This document shows positions 10,277 to 18,225 of a DNA stretch of 36,426 bases, in pieces. Origin of the DNA: Candidatus Eiseniibacteriota bacterium (GTDB lineage Bacteria > Joyebacterota > Joyebacteria > Joyebacterales > Joyebacteraceae); assembly GCA_043819135.1 (NCBI GenBank), contig JBDRFG010000151.1:1-36426 (forward strand), in the 5' to 3' direction. The position numbers and the translations under genes are program-made. Numbering within the stretch: the stretch's first letter is position 1; each line of letters opens with the position of its first letter. The notes beneath the pieces were generated by a model. The model searched no databases and was not told the origin of the DNA. It saw only the letters and a program-made list of their open reading frames with translations.

Positions 10277-10612
10277 CTACCCCCGGGTCGTGACTGCTCC
10301 TGCCGTCATGAGTTCCATTACCTTCTTGATTCCGGCCTCCACGCGCTGCTCGGCGCCCGACCGCATACTCTCCACGCTCGACTTGCTCTCGGCGACGAGC
10401 TTCTCCGCCTCGGCCTCCGCCTCCCGCGCGGCCGCCTCCCGCAGCCCCTTCTCCTCCTCCCGCCCCGACTTCCGCATCTCGTCGAGCTCGCGTTCCGCTG
10501 CGTCGCGCGCGTCAGCGATCAGCGTCTTACTCCTGGCGTGGGCCGCGCGTTCGATCTCGTCGGCCTCACGCTCGGCGTTCCTGATCCGTTCAATGGATTC
10601 GGATACCACCAC
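10277..10612 (-). CDS. V/A-type ATPase peripheral-stalk subunit H/G
   Basis: About 110-aa E/A/R-rich coiled coil (IERIRNAEREADEI) as first gene of the operon. GTG at 10612 or 10609 follows GAGGGGG. Confidence 0.8.
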   Translation of the reverse strand: MVVSESIERIRNAEREADEIERAAHARSKTLIADARDAAERELDEMRKSGREEEKGLREAAAREAEAEAEKLVAESKSSVESMRSGAEQRVEAGIKKVMELMTAGAVTTRG

Positions 10613-10692
10613 GTCCCCCTCACGGCCCGCCGCAACTTGGCCCCACACGCGCACTTGCGCCGCCCGACGGGCCAATGACAAACTCGAATTTC

Positions 10693-10791
10693 GGTGGATA
10701 ACCCGGGTTCGAGGCGACTGACTGAGGTGTTTAAGTTATTACAATATAAGAAGATACGCGCGTCGCGAACCATTATGCACAGTTGTCCACA
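10693..10791. promoter_or_regulatory. Cluster of three DnaA-box-like 9-mers around an AT-rich tract, upstream of the V-ATPase operon
   Basis: TTATCCACC (- strand, 10693-10701), TTATGCACA (10773-10781), TTGTCCACA (10783-10791); AT-rich TTTAAGTTATTACAATATAAGAA at about 10730-10752. Confidence 0.55.
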
Positions 10792-10845
10792 CATCCGCCC
10801 AGGGAGTACGCGGACCGTGCAACGAACGACACCGTTCCTGCTCCC

Positions 10846-11286
10846 CTAGAGGTCGGCGTCCTCGTATTCCTCTTCCTCAACTCCGACCTCATCGAGGCCC
10901 AAACCCGACACTCCGCGACTCCGCGCCGGCGGGTCGACCACGTCCCCCATCTGGCAGTTGCCCTGGAAGACGACGCCGTCCTCGATAACGAGTCCCCGCG
11001 TCTTAATGTCGCCCAGAAGCTGCGAGCCGCGCTGAAGCTCGATCTTGCCGGATGCGAACACGTTACCGTACATCCTGCCACCGATAGCAGCATTCGCCAC
11101 AGTCACGTCGCCATCGACCTTGCCGGTCTCCCCGACGACGAGCGTGTCGGTTGCGTCGATCGTTCCCTCGAACTCGCCGTCAACCTGGATGCTGCCTTCG
11201 ACCTTCACGTCGCCTTTGAGGATCGTTCCCTCACCGATAATCGTATTCACGTCGGCCGCAGTCCTTTCCTCATCTCTAGCGAACAT
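10846..11286 (-). CDS. Bactofilin (polymer-forming cytoskeletal protein, CcmA/DUF583)
   Basis: Beta-helix repeats TIIGEGTILKGDV.VEGSIQVDG.FEG…L.IEDGVVFQG. ATG at 11286 follows AAGGGGG. Confidence 0.92.
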   Translation of the reverse strand: MFARDEERTAADVNTIIGEGTILKGDVKVEGSIQVDGEFEGTIDATDTLVVGETGKVDGDVTVANAAIGGRMYGNVFASGKIELQRGSQLLGDIKTRGLVIEDGVVFQGNCQMGDVVDPPARSRGVSGLGLDEVGVEEEEYEDADL

Positions 11287-11368
11287 CCGTTCCCCCTTTG
11301 ACGCCGGGGGCGAAGGGCTTCGCCCGACGCTCCCGCGCGCGTCAAGTCCAATTGCAATCGAACGCCAG

Positions 11369-11397
11369 AAGCTAGCAGACGGCCTCCGGAGAGTCAA
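11369..11397 (-). promoter_or_regulatory. Sigma70-type promoter for the bactofilin gene
   Basis: TTGACT-17 nt-TAGCTT with TG extension on the - strand. Confidence 0.5.
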
Positions 11398-11492
11398 CAT
11401 CTAACACCCTCCCGAAATTTCTTCACCAGCGTCCCGCGCTGCCTCCCTCGACCCCGGCCACCCTGCTCGCGCGCCCTGCGTTGCCCGCGTCT

Positions 11493-12344
11493 CTAGCCGA
11501 GCGACCCCAGAGCCTCCAGAATCCTCTCAAGATCCTCGTCCGAATAGTACTCGATCCGAATTGTCCCCTCGGTCCCCATCCGCTCGATGCGTACCTGGGT
11601 GCCAAGGGTCCTCTGAAGCCTCTCCTCCCAATCCCGCAGGACCGGGTCCTCGGTCCGCTTCTTGCGGGACACCTTCTTCCGGCGCTGCCCACCTCGCGCC
11701 AGAGCCTCCAACTCCCTGACCGACAGCCCTTTTGTGGCCGCTCTCTGGGCCCCTGCGCGAATCTCCTCGGCGGTCCCGAACCCCAGGAGGGCTCGACCGT
11801 GACCCGCCGACAGCTCTCCCTCGGAAAGCATGTCCTGCACGTCCGGGGGTAGCTCGAGCAACCGTACGCAGTTGGCCACGGTGCTTCTGTCCCGTCCCAC
11901 CCGCTCCGCCACGTCCGCCTGCGTCGCCCCCGACATCTCCATCAGCGACTCGTACCCGCGCGCCTCATCGATCGGGTTCAGATCCTCGCGCTGCAGGTTC
12001 TCGACGAGCGCAAGCTCGAGAGCACCAGTCTCGTCTACGTCGCGGATGATCGCCGGCACGACATCAAGCCCCGCCAGCCGCGACGCACGCAGTCTCCGCT
12101 CTCCCGCCACCAGCTCGTACGCTCCCGTCGCGAGCTGCCGTACCAGCACGGGCTGTACCACGCCGTAGATTCGGATCGATGCCGCCAGTTCTTTGATGGT
12201 CTCGTCGTCGAAGCGCGACCGCGGCTGCTCCTTGTTCCGGTGTATCTCGTTGACCGAAAGCTCCCGGACCAGGCCACCCCCAACGTCCGCGGGTGCGTCC
12301 GGTATCAGAGCTTCCAGTCCCTTCCCGAGCGCCTTGCGGTTCAT
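11493..12344 (-). CDS. parB: Chromosome partitioning protein ParB
   Basis: ALGKGLEALI N-terminal peptide, QPR..F, GERRLRA CTPase motif, ENLQREDL, HTH. ATG at 12344 follows AGGGAG. Confidence 0.96.
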   Translation of the reverse strand: MNRKALGKGLEALIPDAPADVGGGLVRELSVNEIHRNKEQPRSRFDDETIKELAASIRIYGVVQPVLVRQLATGAYELVAGERRLRASRLAGLDVVPAIIRDVDETGALELALVENLQREDLNPIDEARGYESLMEMSGATQADVAERVGRDRSTVANCVRLLELPPDVQDMLSEGELSAGHGRALLGFGTAEEIRAGAQRAATKGLSVRELEALARGGQRRKKVSRKKRTEDPVLRDWEERLQRTLGTQVRIERMGTEGTIRIEYYSDEDLERILEALGSLG

Positions 12345-12384
12345 TGCTGTCTCCCTCCTGCCTGGTACTGTCGCCTTGAGCCTC

Positions 12385-13191
12385 TCAAGACTGCCCGTCC
12401 GACACTGCCTCCACCGGCTCCGTCCTGACGCTGTCAAACATCAGTTCCTTCGCAAGCTGAATGTAGCTCTCGGAACCCGATGAGAGGATGTCGTAAAGAA
12501 TAATCGGTTGACCAAAGCTGGGCGCCTCTCCCAGACGCACATTGCGTGGGATCATCGCCTCATAGACTCGGTCACCGAAGAAGCGCCGTGCCTCGTCCGC
12601 CACCTGCCTCGCCAGATTCAGTCGACCGTCGTACATCGTCAGGAGTATGCCCTCAATCCTCAGGGACGAATTCAGGTTACGCTGCACCAGGCGGATGCTG
12701 TTCAGGAGCTGCCCAAGACCTTCAAGCGCATAGTATTCGCACTGTATGGGAACGATCACGCTGTCGGCCGCGGTGAGCGTATTGACCGTGAGTAAACCCA
12801 GCGAAGGGGGGCAATCAATGAAGATGTAGTGGTAGTCGTTTCTGATGGGCTCGAGAACGCGCTTGAGGCGGGTCTCCCGCGCCATCACGTTCACGAGCTC
12901 AATCTCGGCGCCGATCAGCCGCTGGTGCGCCGGCAGAACATCCAGGAAGGGCAGGTTCGGCGCAGGCATTATGGCGTCGCTGAGCTCCGCCTCACCGATC
13001 AGAACCTCATAGATGCAGGTCTTGACGTCGTCCCTGGAAATGCCGAGGCCGCTCGTCGCGTTGGCCTGAGGATCGATATCAATGAGGAGAGTCGGACGTT
13101 CGGCCACGGCCGTACAGGCTGCGAGGTTGACGGCAGTAGTGGTCTTCCCGACACCGCCCTTCTGATTGGCGATGGCAATAATCCGACCCAT
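12385..13191 (-). CDS. parA: Chromosome partitioning ATPase ParA (Soj)
   Basis: NQKGGVGKTTT deviant Walker A, DIDPQAN, IDCPPSLG, QCEYYALEG, EAPSFG. Confidence 0.97.
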   Translation of the reverse strand: MGRIIAIANQKGGVGKTTTAVNLAACTAVAERPTLLIDIDPQANATSGLGISRDDVKTCIYEVLIGEAELSDAIMPAPNLPFLDVLPAHQRLIGAEIELVNVMARETRLKRVLEPIRNDYHYIFIDCPPSLGLLTVNTLTAADSVIVPIQCEYYALEGLGQLLNSIRLVQRNLNSSLRIEGILLTMYDGRLNLARQVADEARRFFGDRVYEAMIPRNVRLGEAPSFGQPIILYDILSSGSESYIQLAKELMFDSVRTEPVEAVSDGQS

Positions 13192-13203
13192 GGGTACCCC
13201 ATC

Positions 13204-13323
13204 TGTGGATAAAGTTGGCTTGTCAACGAGCTGTCACACAAGGATATTGGGAAGGTGCTAGAAGGATACAATCAGCCGGGTTCGTGTCAAGGGAGAATGT
13301 GGGAACAGTGAAGGTTATCCACA
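13204..13323. promoter_or_regulatory. parA upstream region: two perfect DnaA boxes flanking a candidate promoter
   Basis: TGTGGATAA (13204-13212) and TTATCCACA (13315-13323); - strand TTGACA (13290-13285)-16 nt-TATCCT (13268-13263). Confidence 0.7.
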
Positions 13324-13368
13324 GCTTTTTTGGACGGAGGTCTGCGCGGGTCTTGAGGGTTGTGCGTG

Positions 13369-13384
13369 CGTTTCACGTGGAACA
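13369..13384. promoter_or_regulatory. parS site 1
   Basis: CGTTTCACGTGGAACA versus consensus TGTTTCACGTGAAACA. Confidence 0.85.
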
Positions 13385-13417
13385 TTCGCGGCAGACGCGA
13401 GCTACTGCTCTAGCGGG

Positions 13418-13433
13418 TGTTTCACGTGGAACA
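13418..13433. promoter_or_regulatory. parS site 2
   Basis: TGTTTCACGTGGAACA, one difference from consensus. Confidence 0.92.
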
Positions 13434-13449
13434 TCCGGAACCTCCAAAG

Positions 13450-14103
13450 CTACTGGTTCATCGGTTGTTTCACGTGAAACTCCACGAAGGTCGTTGCCCG
13501 GTCCAGTCCTGGTAGCGGGATGCTCTCGGTCCGAGCTATCACTGCTCCTTCCCGCTCCGCGATAATCCTTGCCTGCCTGGCCTCATCGCCCCACAGCGGG
13601 CCCTTGAAGAACACGAGCCTGCCCCCCGGAGCCAGCAGCCTCAGGCACGCCGCCAGCACTGCCTCCGTATTGCCGAGTGCCCGCGCCACAGCCAGCCCGA
13701 ACTCCACCTCGTCCTCCAGGTCCTCCAACCGTCCATGCACGACTGTGACGTTCTCCAATCCCAGCCGCCTCTTCACGTCCTTCAGAAAGACCACCTTGCT
13801 TCTTCGGGAATCCACCAGCGTCACGCTCGCGGCCGGCCGGAGGATCGCTACCACAACGCCAGGGAACCCCGCTCCACTGCCAAGATCTCCCAGGTCGCGG
13901 TCGCCGGGATCTGAAAAGGCCAGCAACGCCGCAGCATCCACGAAGTGCTCGCTAATGGTACCAAGGGACTTCCTTGAAACCAGGTTCATGCTCCGTGAGC
14001 TCGTGAGGATCGCCTCACCGTAAGCAGTCAGCAGCTCCGACTGCTCCGGCGTCAACGGGCCAGCCAGTGCCTCGATGTTCACTCTTGGCAACAGGAAACC
14101 CAC
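13450..14103 (-). CDS. rsmG: 16S rRNA m7G527 methyltransferase RsmG (GidB)
   Basis: MNLVS, HFVD, DLGSGAGFPG SAM motif, ARA, FKG; follows mnmG. Start uncertain. Confidence 0.92.
   Translation of the reverse strand: MGFLLPRVNIEALAGPLTPEQSELLTAYGEAILTSSRSMNLVSRKSLGTISEHFVDAAALLAFSDPGDRDLGDLGSGAGFPGVVVAILRPAASVTLVDSRRSKVVFLKDVKRRLGLENVTVVHGRLEDLEDEVEFGLAVARALGNTEAVLAACLRLLAPGGRLVFFKGPLWGDEARQARIIAEREGAVIARTESIPLPGLDRATTFVEFHVKQPMNQ
13466..13481. promoter_or_regulatory. parS site 3, inside the 3' end of rsmG
   Basis: TGTTTCACGTGAAACT; read as FHVKQ in RsmG. Confidence 0.9.
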
Positions 14104-14175
14104 AGCTTGTCCACTCCCGTCGTTCGAACAGCCTGCCCGCGTTACTAGTCTCTGCCCGCCGGGACGCCCTGCCGC

Positions 14176-16044
14176 CTATTGGACGACAGGGCGCGCCCTC
14201 AAGTGGATAAGTAGCACACCGACATCCGCGGGGCTCACCCCGGGTATCCGCCCGGCCTGGCCTATCGTGCGGGGCCTAATCCCATTCAGTTTCTGCTCGG
14301 CCTCCGTGGACAGCCCGTGGACAACCGCGTAGTCTATGTCGTCCGGTAAGAGCGTGTCCTCGTGACGGCCCAGCTGGTCGATGCGACCCCTCTCTCTGGC
14401 GATGTAGCCGCGATACTTCACCTCTGTCTCGACGTGCTGCGCGACATCCCGTGGCAGAGGCACGCAGCGCGGGCACAGGACGGCGATATCCTCGTACGCG
14501 ATCTCCGGACGCGCAAGCAGCCTGGCCGCCGGAGCGGCGGCCGCAAGCTGACTGGCTCCCCGCGCGGACAAGAGGGCGTTCGCGAGTGCGGGCTTCACCA
14601 TGGTCCTTCGAAGCCGTGACTCTTCGTCCTCTGCGAGCCGCTTGCGTTCATTCGAGCGCGCCAGCGCGGCATCGCTCGCCAGTCCTAGTTTGTGGCCCAG
14701 GGGCGTCAAGCGCATGTCCGCGTTGTCGTGCCTCAGCACTAGGCGGTGCTCCGCCCGACTGGTGAACATGCGGTAGGGCTCGTCGGCGCCCTTCGTCACC
14801 AGGTCGTCGATCAGCACTCCGATGTAGGCCTGGGACCGACGCAGAATCACCGGCTCCTCTGAGGTGAGCTTACGGTGGGCGTTTATTCCCGCCATCAGCC
14901 CCTGCGCCGCTGCCTCCTCGTAACCGGACGTCCCGTTGATCTGCCCGGCTAGGAAAAGACCCGCGATGTGCTTCGCCTCGAGTGACGCGTCCAGTTCTCT
15001 CGGGTCCACGAAGTCGTACTCCACGGCGTACCCGGGACGGAGCAGTCGTGCCGACTCCATTCCTGGCAGACTGCGGATCATGTCCACCTGCACATCGTAC
15101 GGAAGACTGGTCGAAAGGCCATTCAGGTAGGTCACATTTGCTCTGCGGGTCTCAGGTTCAAGAACAACCCGGTGTGAGTCGCGCTCCGGAAACCTGACGA
15201 CTTTGTCCTCTATGGACGGGCAGTAGCGCGGCCCAACGCCCGTGATCCGCCCACTGAATAGTGGGGACCGCCCCAGCCCGCGCCTGATGATGGCGTGAGT
15301 CTCCGGCAGGGTGGCCGTGATGTGGCAGGGCAGCTGGTCAACCTCCAGTGCTCGTGTCCCGAATGAGAACGCCACCGGAGGGACATCGCCGTGCTGCTTC
15401 TCAAGTACCTCCCATCGGATGCTCCTCGCATCCACCCGTGCCGGTGTCCCCGTCTTGAGCCGTCCCAGGCCCAGGCCCAGCCTCCTCAGGCTCTGTGAGA
15501 GACCTCTTGCGGCCACCTCTCCGGATCTCCCGCCTCTCCACTGCCTGTCCCCCACGTGCAGACCGCCACACAGAAACGTACCTGTTGTCAAGATAACAAC
15601 AGAAGAACCTATCTTTCGTCCGTTTGTCAACCCTACACCCCTGACACTCCCGTTGCTCGTGAGCACGTGGTCGACTCTGCCGGTCACCAGTGTCAGGTTG
15701 GGCTCTCTGTTGAGTGCACCCATCATCCGGCCGCGATACGCGTCCTTGTCGGCCTGCGCCCGCGGAGAGCGCACGGCAGGGCCTCTGCCGGTGTTCAGCA
15801 TCCTGAACTGCAACCCGGTGTCATCGATGGCGCGCGCCATCTCCCCGCCCAGCGCGTCGATCTCCCTGACGAGCTGTCCCTTGGCCAGGCCGCCTATCGC
15901 CGGATTACAGGGCATCTCCGCGACGTGCCGCCGTGAAAGGGTGACGACGCACACTCGGCTCCCTAGTCGCGCCGACGCCAGCGCCGCCTCGACAGCTGCA
16001 TGGCCGGCACCAACGATAACTATGTCGAAGTCGTTGTCATACAT
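14176..16044 (-). CDS. mnmG: tRNA U34 carboxymethylaminomethyl modification enzyme MnmG (GidA)
   Basis: [62 protein letters not shown]. Start ATG 16044 or GTG 16056. Confidence 0.97.
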   Translation of the reverse strand: MYDNDFDIVIVGAGHAAVEAALASARLGSRVCVVTLSRRHVAEMPCNPAIGGLAKGQLVREIDALGGEMARAIDDTGLQFRMLNTGRGPAVRSPRAQADKDAYRGRMMGALNREPNLTLVTGRVDHVLTSNGSVRGVGLTNGRKIGSSVVILTTGTFLCGGLHVGDRQWRGGRSGEVAARGLSQSLRRLGLGLGRLKTGTPARVDARSIRWEVLEKQHGDVPPVAFSFGTRALEVDQLPCHITATLPETHAIIRRGLGRSPLFSGRITGVGPRYCPSIEDKVVRFPERDSHRVVLEPETRRANVTYLNGLSTSLPYDVQVDMIRSLPGMESARLLRPGYAVEYDFVDPRELDASLEAKHIAGLFLAGQINGTSGYEEAAAQGLMAGINAHRKLTSEEPVILRRSQAYIGVLIDDLVTKGADEPYRMFTSRAEHRLVLRHDNADMRLTPLGHKLGLASDAALARSNERKRLAEDEESRLRRTMVKPALANALLSARGASQLAAAAPAARLLARPEIAYEDIAVLCPRCVPLPRDVAQHVETEVKYRGYIARERGRIDQLGRHEDTLLPDDIDYAVVHGLSTEAEQKLNGIRPRTIGQAGRIPGVSPADVGVLLIHLRARPVVQ

Positions 16045-16052
16045 CGCTGCTC

Positions 16053-17456
16053 TCACTTGCCAACACAGAAACGGTCAAATATATGTCGTACGACCTCTTC
16101 AGGGGTCGTCTCACCTGTTATTTCGCTAAGAGCCGCCGTGGCATCGGCGAGCTCGGATCCCACGAGCTCATAGGGCGCGCGGTCACGGACCAGCGCGTCG
16201 ACCTGGTGCAGGCAGCAGCGGACAGCTCTCAGCGCCTCGGCGTGCCTTACGTTTGACACCCGCGCGCACTCCGCGTGGGCCGGTCCGAGGCACAACTCGG
16301 CCAGGGACGACCTCAGCTCTTCCAACCCGTCGCCGCTCAGGGCCGACGCCCACAACACGGCGGGTGCCGTCGGAGCGCTCTCGGCGCGGGCACCGTCGAA
16401 CAGAGCCGTGAAGTCACTGGCCGGAACGCCGCGACCCAGGTCGCTCTTGTTGGCAACAACGACGGTTGCTCTGGGATCCAGACACGTAGCGACCGCGGAA
16501 TCCTGCGCGTCGGGGGGCAGTGACGAGTCCACCACGAAGACAGCCAGCGCAGCGCAACGCGCGGCCGCACGCGCCCGTTCGACGCCCGCCCGCTCCGCCT
16601 CATCGGATGTCTCTCTCCAGCCGGCCGTGTCAACGAGGCGCATGGGTATGCCGTCCAGGTGGAGGCATTCCTCGATCGCGTCCCGCGTGGTGCCGGGCAC
16701 GCTCGTGACGATGGACCGGTCGCGCATGAGGAGCGCGTTCATGAGACTCGATTTACCGACGTTCGGCTTCCCGACCAGTGCGACCGAGACGCCGTCACGC
16801 ACCGCTGCACCTACCTCCTGATTCTCCAGGAGCCGTTCGACGTGCGAATGCGCATCCTGGCTCAGTGCCGTCAGTGCCCGCAACGCGTCGGCCGCGTCCA
16901 CATCCTCGGGGAAGTCGATGGCCGCCTCGATCTCCGTGCGCATGGAGAGGAGCGTGACCCGCAGTCCCGCGATGCGGCCGGAGAGCCCGCCGCCGAGCTG
17001 CCCGAGCGCCATCTCGAGGCCTCGGGGAGTCTCAGCCGACACAATATCGGCCACAGCCTCAGCCTGTACCAGGTCGATACGCCCGCCAAGAAACGCGCGC
17101 TCGGTGAACTCACCGCGCCGCGCCTGTCGCGCTCCGGCCTCCAGACATGCAGCAAGGACGCGACGTGCGGGCACGGGGCCCCCGTGGCAACCGAATTCTA
17201 TAATATGTTCCGTAGTGTATGTGTGCGGTGAGCACATGATGGTCGCGAGGACTTCATCGACCTCGTGACCGTCGGCGTCGAGAACGCGTCCGTGATGCAC
17301 GGTGTGAGTCGCGCAGTCGGCCAGGGGTCGCTGCCCCCGGAACACGCGATCCGCTATTTCGATCGCCCGGTCACCCGACATCCGGACGAGGGCGACAGCT
17401 CCCGGCCCGAGCGCTGTGGAGATCGCGGCGATCGTGTCCCCGGGCAGGTGTCTCAT
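16053..17456 (-). CDS. mnmE: tRNA modification GTPase MnmE (TrmE)
   Basis: [39 protein letters not shown]-terminal FCVGK. Confidence 0.97.
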   Translation of the reverse strand: MRHLPGDTIAAISTALGPGAVALVRMSGDRAIEIADRVFRGQRPLADCATHTVHHGRVLDADGHEVDEVLATIMCSPHTYTTEHIIEFGCHGGPVPARRVLAACLEAGARQARRGEFTERAFLGGRIDLVQAEAVADIVSAETPRGLEMALGQLGGGLSGRIAGLRVTLLSMRTEIEAAIDFPEDVDAADALRALTALSQDAHSHVERLLENQEVGAAVRDGVSVALVGKPNVGKSSLMNALLMRDRSIVTSVPGTTRDAIEECLHLDGIPMRLVDTAGWRETSDEAERAGVERARAAARCAALAVFVVDSSLPPDAQDSAVATCLDPRATVVVANKSDLGRGVPASDFTALFDGARAESAPTAPAVLWASALSGDGLEELRSSLAELCLGPAHAECARVSNVRHAEALRAVRCCLHQVDALVRDRAPYELVGSELADATAALSEITGETTPEEVVRHIFDRFCVGK

Positions 17457-17486
17457 CGATTCCGTTCCTGGATAGCAGACCCCTGC

Positions 17487-18185
17487 CTACGAGCGGCTGG
17501 GCTGCCTCCTCCTTCGCCGCTGTCCGCCCCGGCTCTGGCTCTGGCTCTTCCCGCCGTCACCCTTCCCAGGCGCCACGATGATGCTCTTGACGCGCCCGTG
17601 CCCGACGCTGCGCGTCTCGACGGACGAATCGGATTTCAACATGGCATGGATGATGCGACGGTCGGCCGCATCCAGCGGCTCTGTTGTCACCTGCTTCTTC
17701 GCGGCCTTGACCTGCTCCGCGAGTGACAACGCCTTGTTCTTCAGGAAATCTTCTCGACGCCTCTTGTACCCGCTGACGTCGAGGATGATCTTTGGGCTCT
17801 TCCTGCTTCCTCGCTGGAGCATGCGGTTCGCGACGTACTCAAGAGCGCTCAGTGTGTTGCCGCCCTTGCCTATGAGGAGGCCGTCAGACCCGGCTGTCTC
17901 TATGTCGATGATCAGCGCGTTCTTCTCTTCGGTGACGTGAAGTTGGCAGCTCAGACGCATCAGCCTGAGCATGTCCGCCACGATCTGTTCCGCGCCCTCG
18001 CGCGCGCTCGTGCGCGCCGAGGCGGCCACCCTTGCGGGCGTCCCCTTGAAGAATCCCAGGAATCCCTTCCGACCGCGCTCCAGCACTGTGATGTCGGCCT
18101 CGTCCTTCGAGATCCCGAGCTTGGCCAGCGCCCGCGCCGTCGCCTCGGCGACGTCCTTGCCTGTTCCTTCGATGGTTCGTGTCAT
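17487..18185 (-). CDS. jag: RNA-binding protein Jag/KhpB (EloR): Jag_N, KH and R3H domains
   Basis: GK.V.EA…KGFLG N-domain, LIGKGG.TL KH loop, RRIIH R3H motif. ATG at 18185. Confidence 0.9.
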   Translation of the reverse strand: MTRTIEGTGKDVAEATARALAKLGISKDEADITVLERGRKGFLGFFKGTPARVAASARTSAREGAEQIVADMLRLMRLSCQLHVTEEKNALIIDIETAGSDGLLIGKGGNTLSALEYVANRMLQRGSRKSPKIILDVSGYKRRREDFLKNKALSLAEQVKAAKKQVTTEPLDAADRRIIHAMLKSDSSVETRSVGHGRVKSIIVAPGKGDGGKSQSQSRGGQRRRRRQPSRS

Positions 18186-18225
18186 TCGATGTCCTCTCCC
18201 TGCTGCCCCCGTGGGTCGATGCGCC

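Noticed and set aside
8252..10678. 808-aa + strand ORF, and similar long ORFs at 2180-4072 and 4554-6137
   Set aside because: Antisense shadows of the V-ATPase genes, expected from high-GC codon bias; no recognisable motifs.
14105..14325. DnaA-box-like 9-mers around the mnmG/rsmG junction (TTGTCCACT, AGTGGATAA, CGTGGACAA)
   Set aside because: One or two mismatches each and mostly within coding sequence; not distinguishable from chance by eye.
13450..17456. rsmG/mnmG/mnmE look less GC3-biased than the ATPase and gyrase genes, raising possible horizontal transfer
   Set aside because: Impression only, not computed; the genes are in canonical origin synteny and low expression explains weaker bias.
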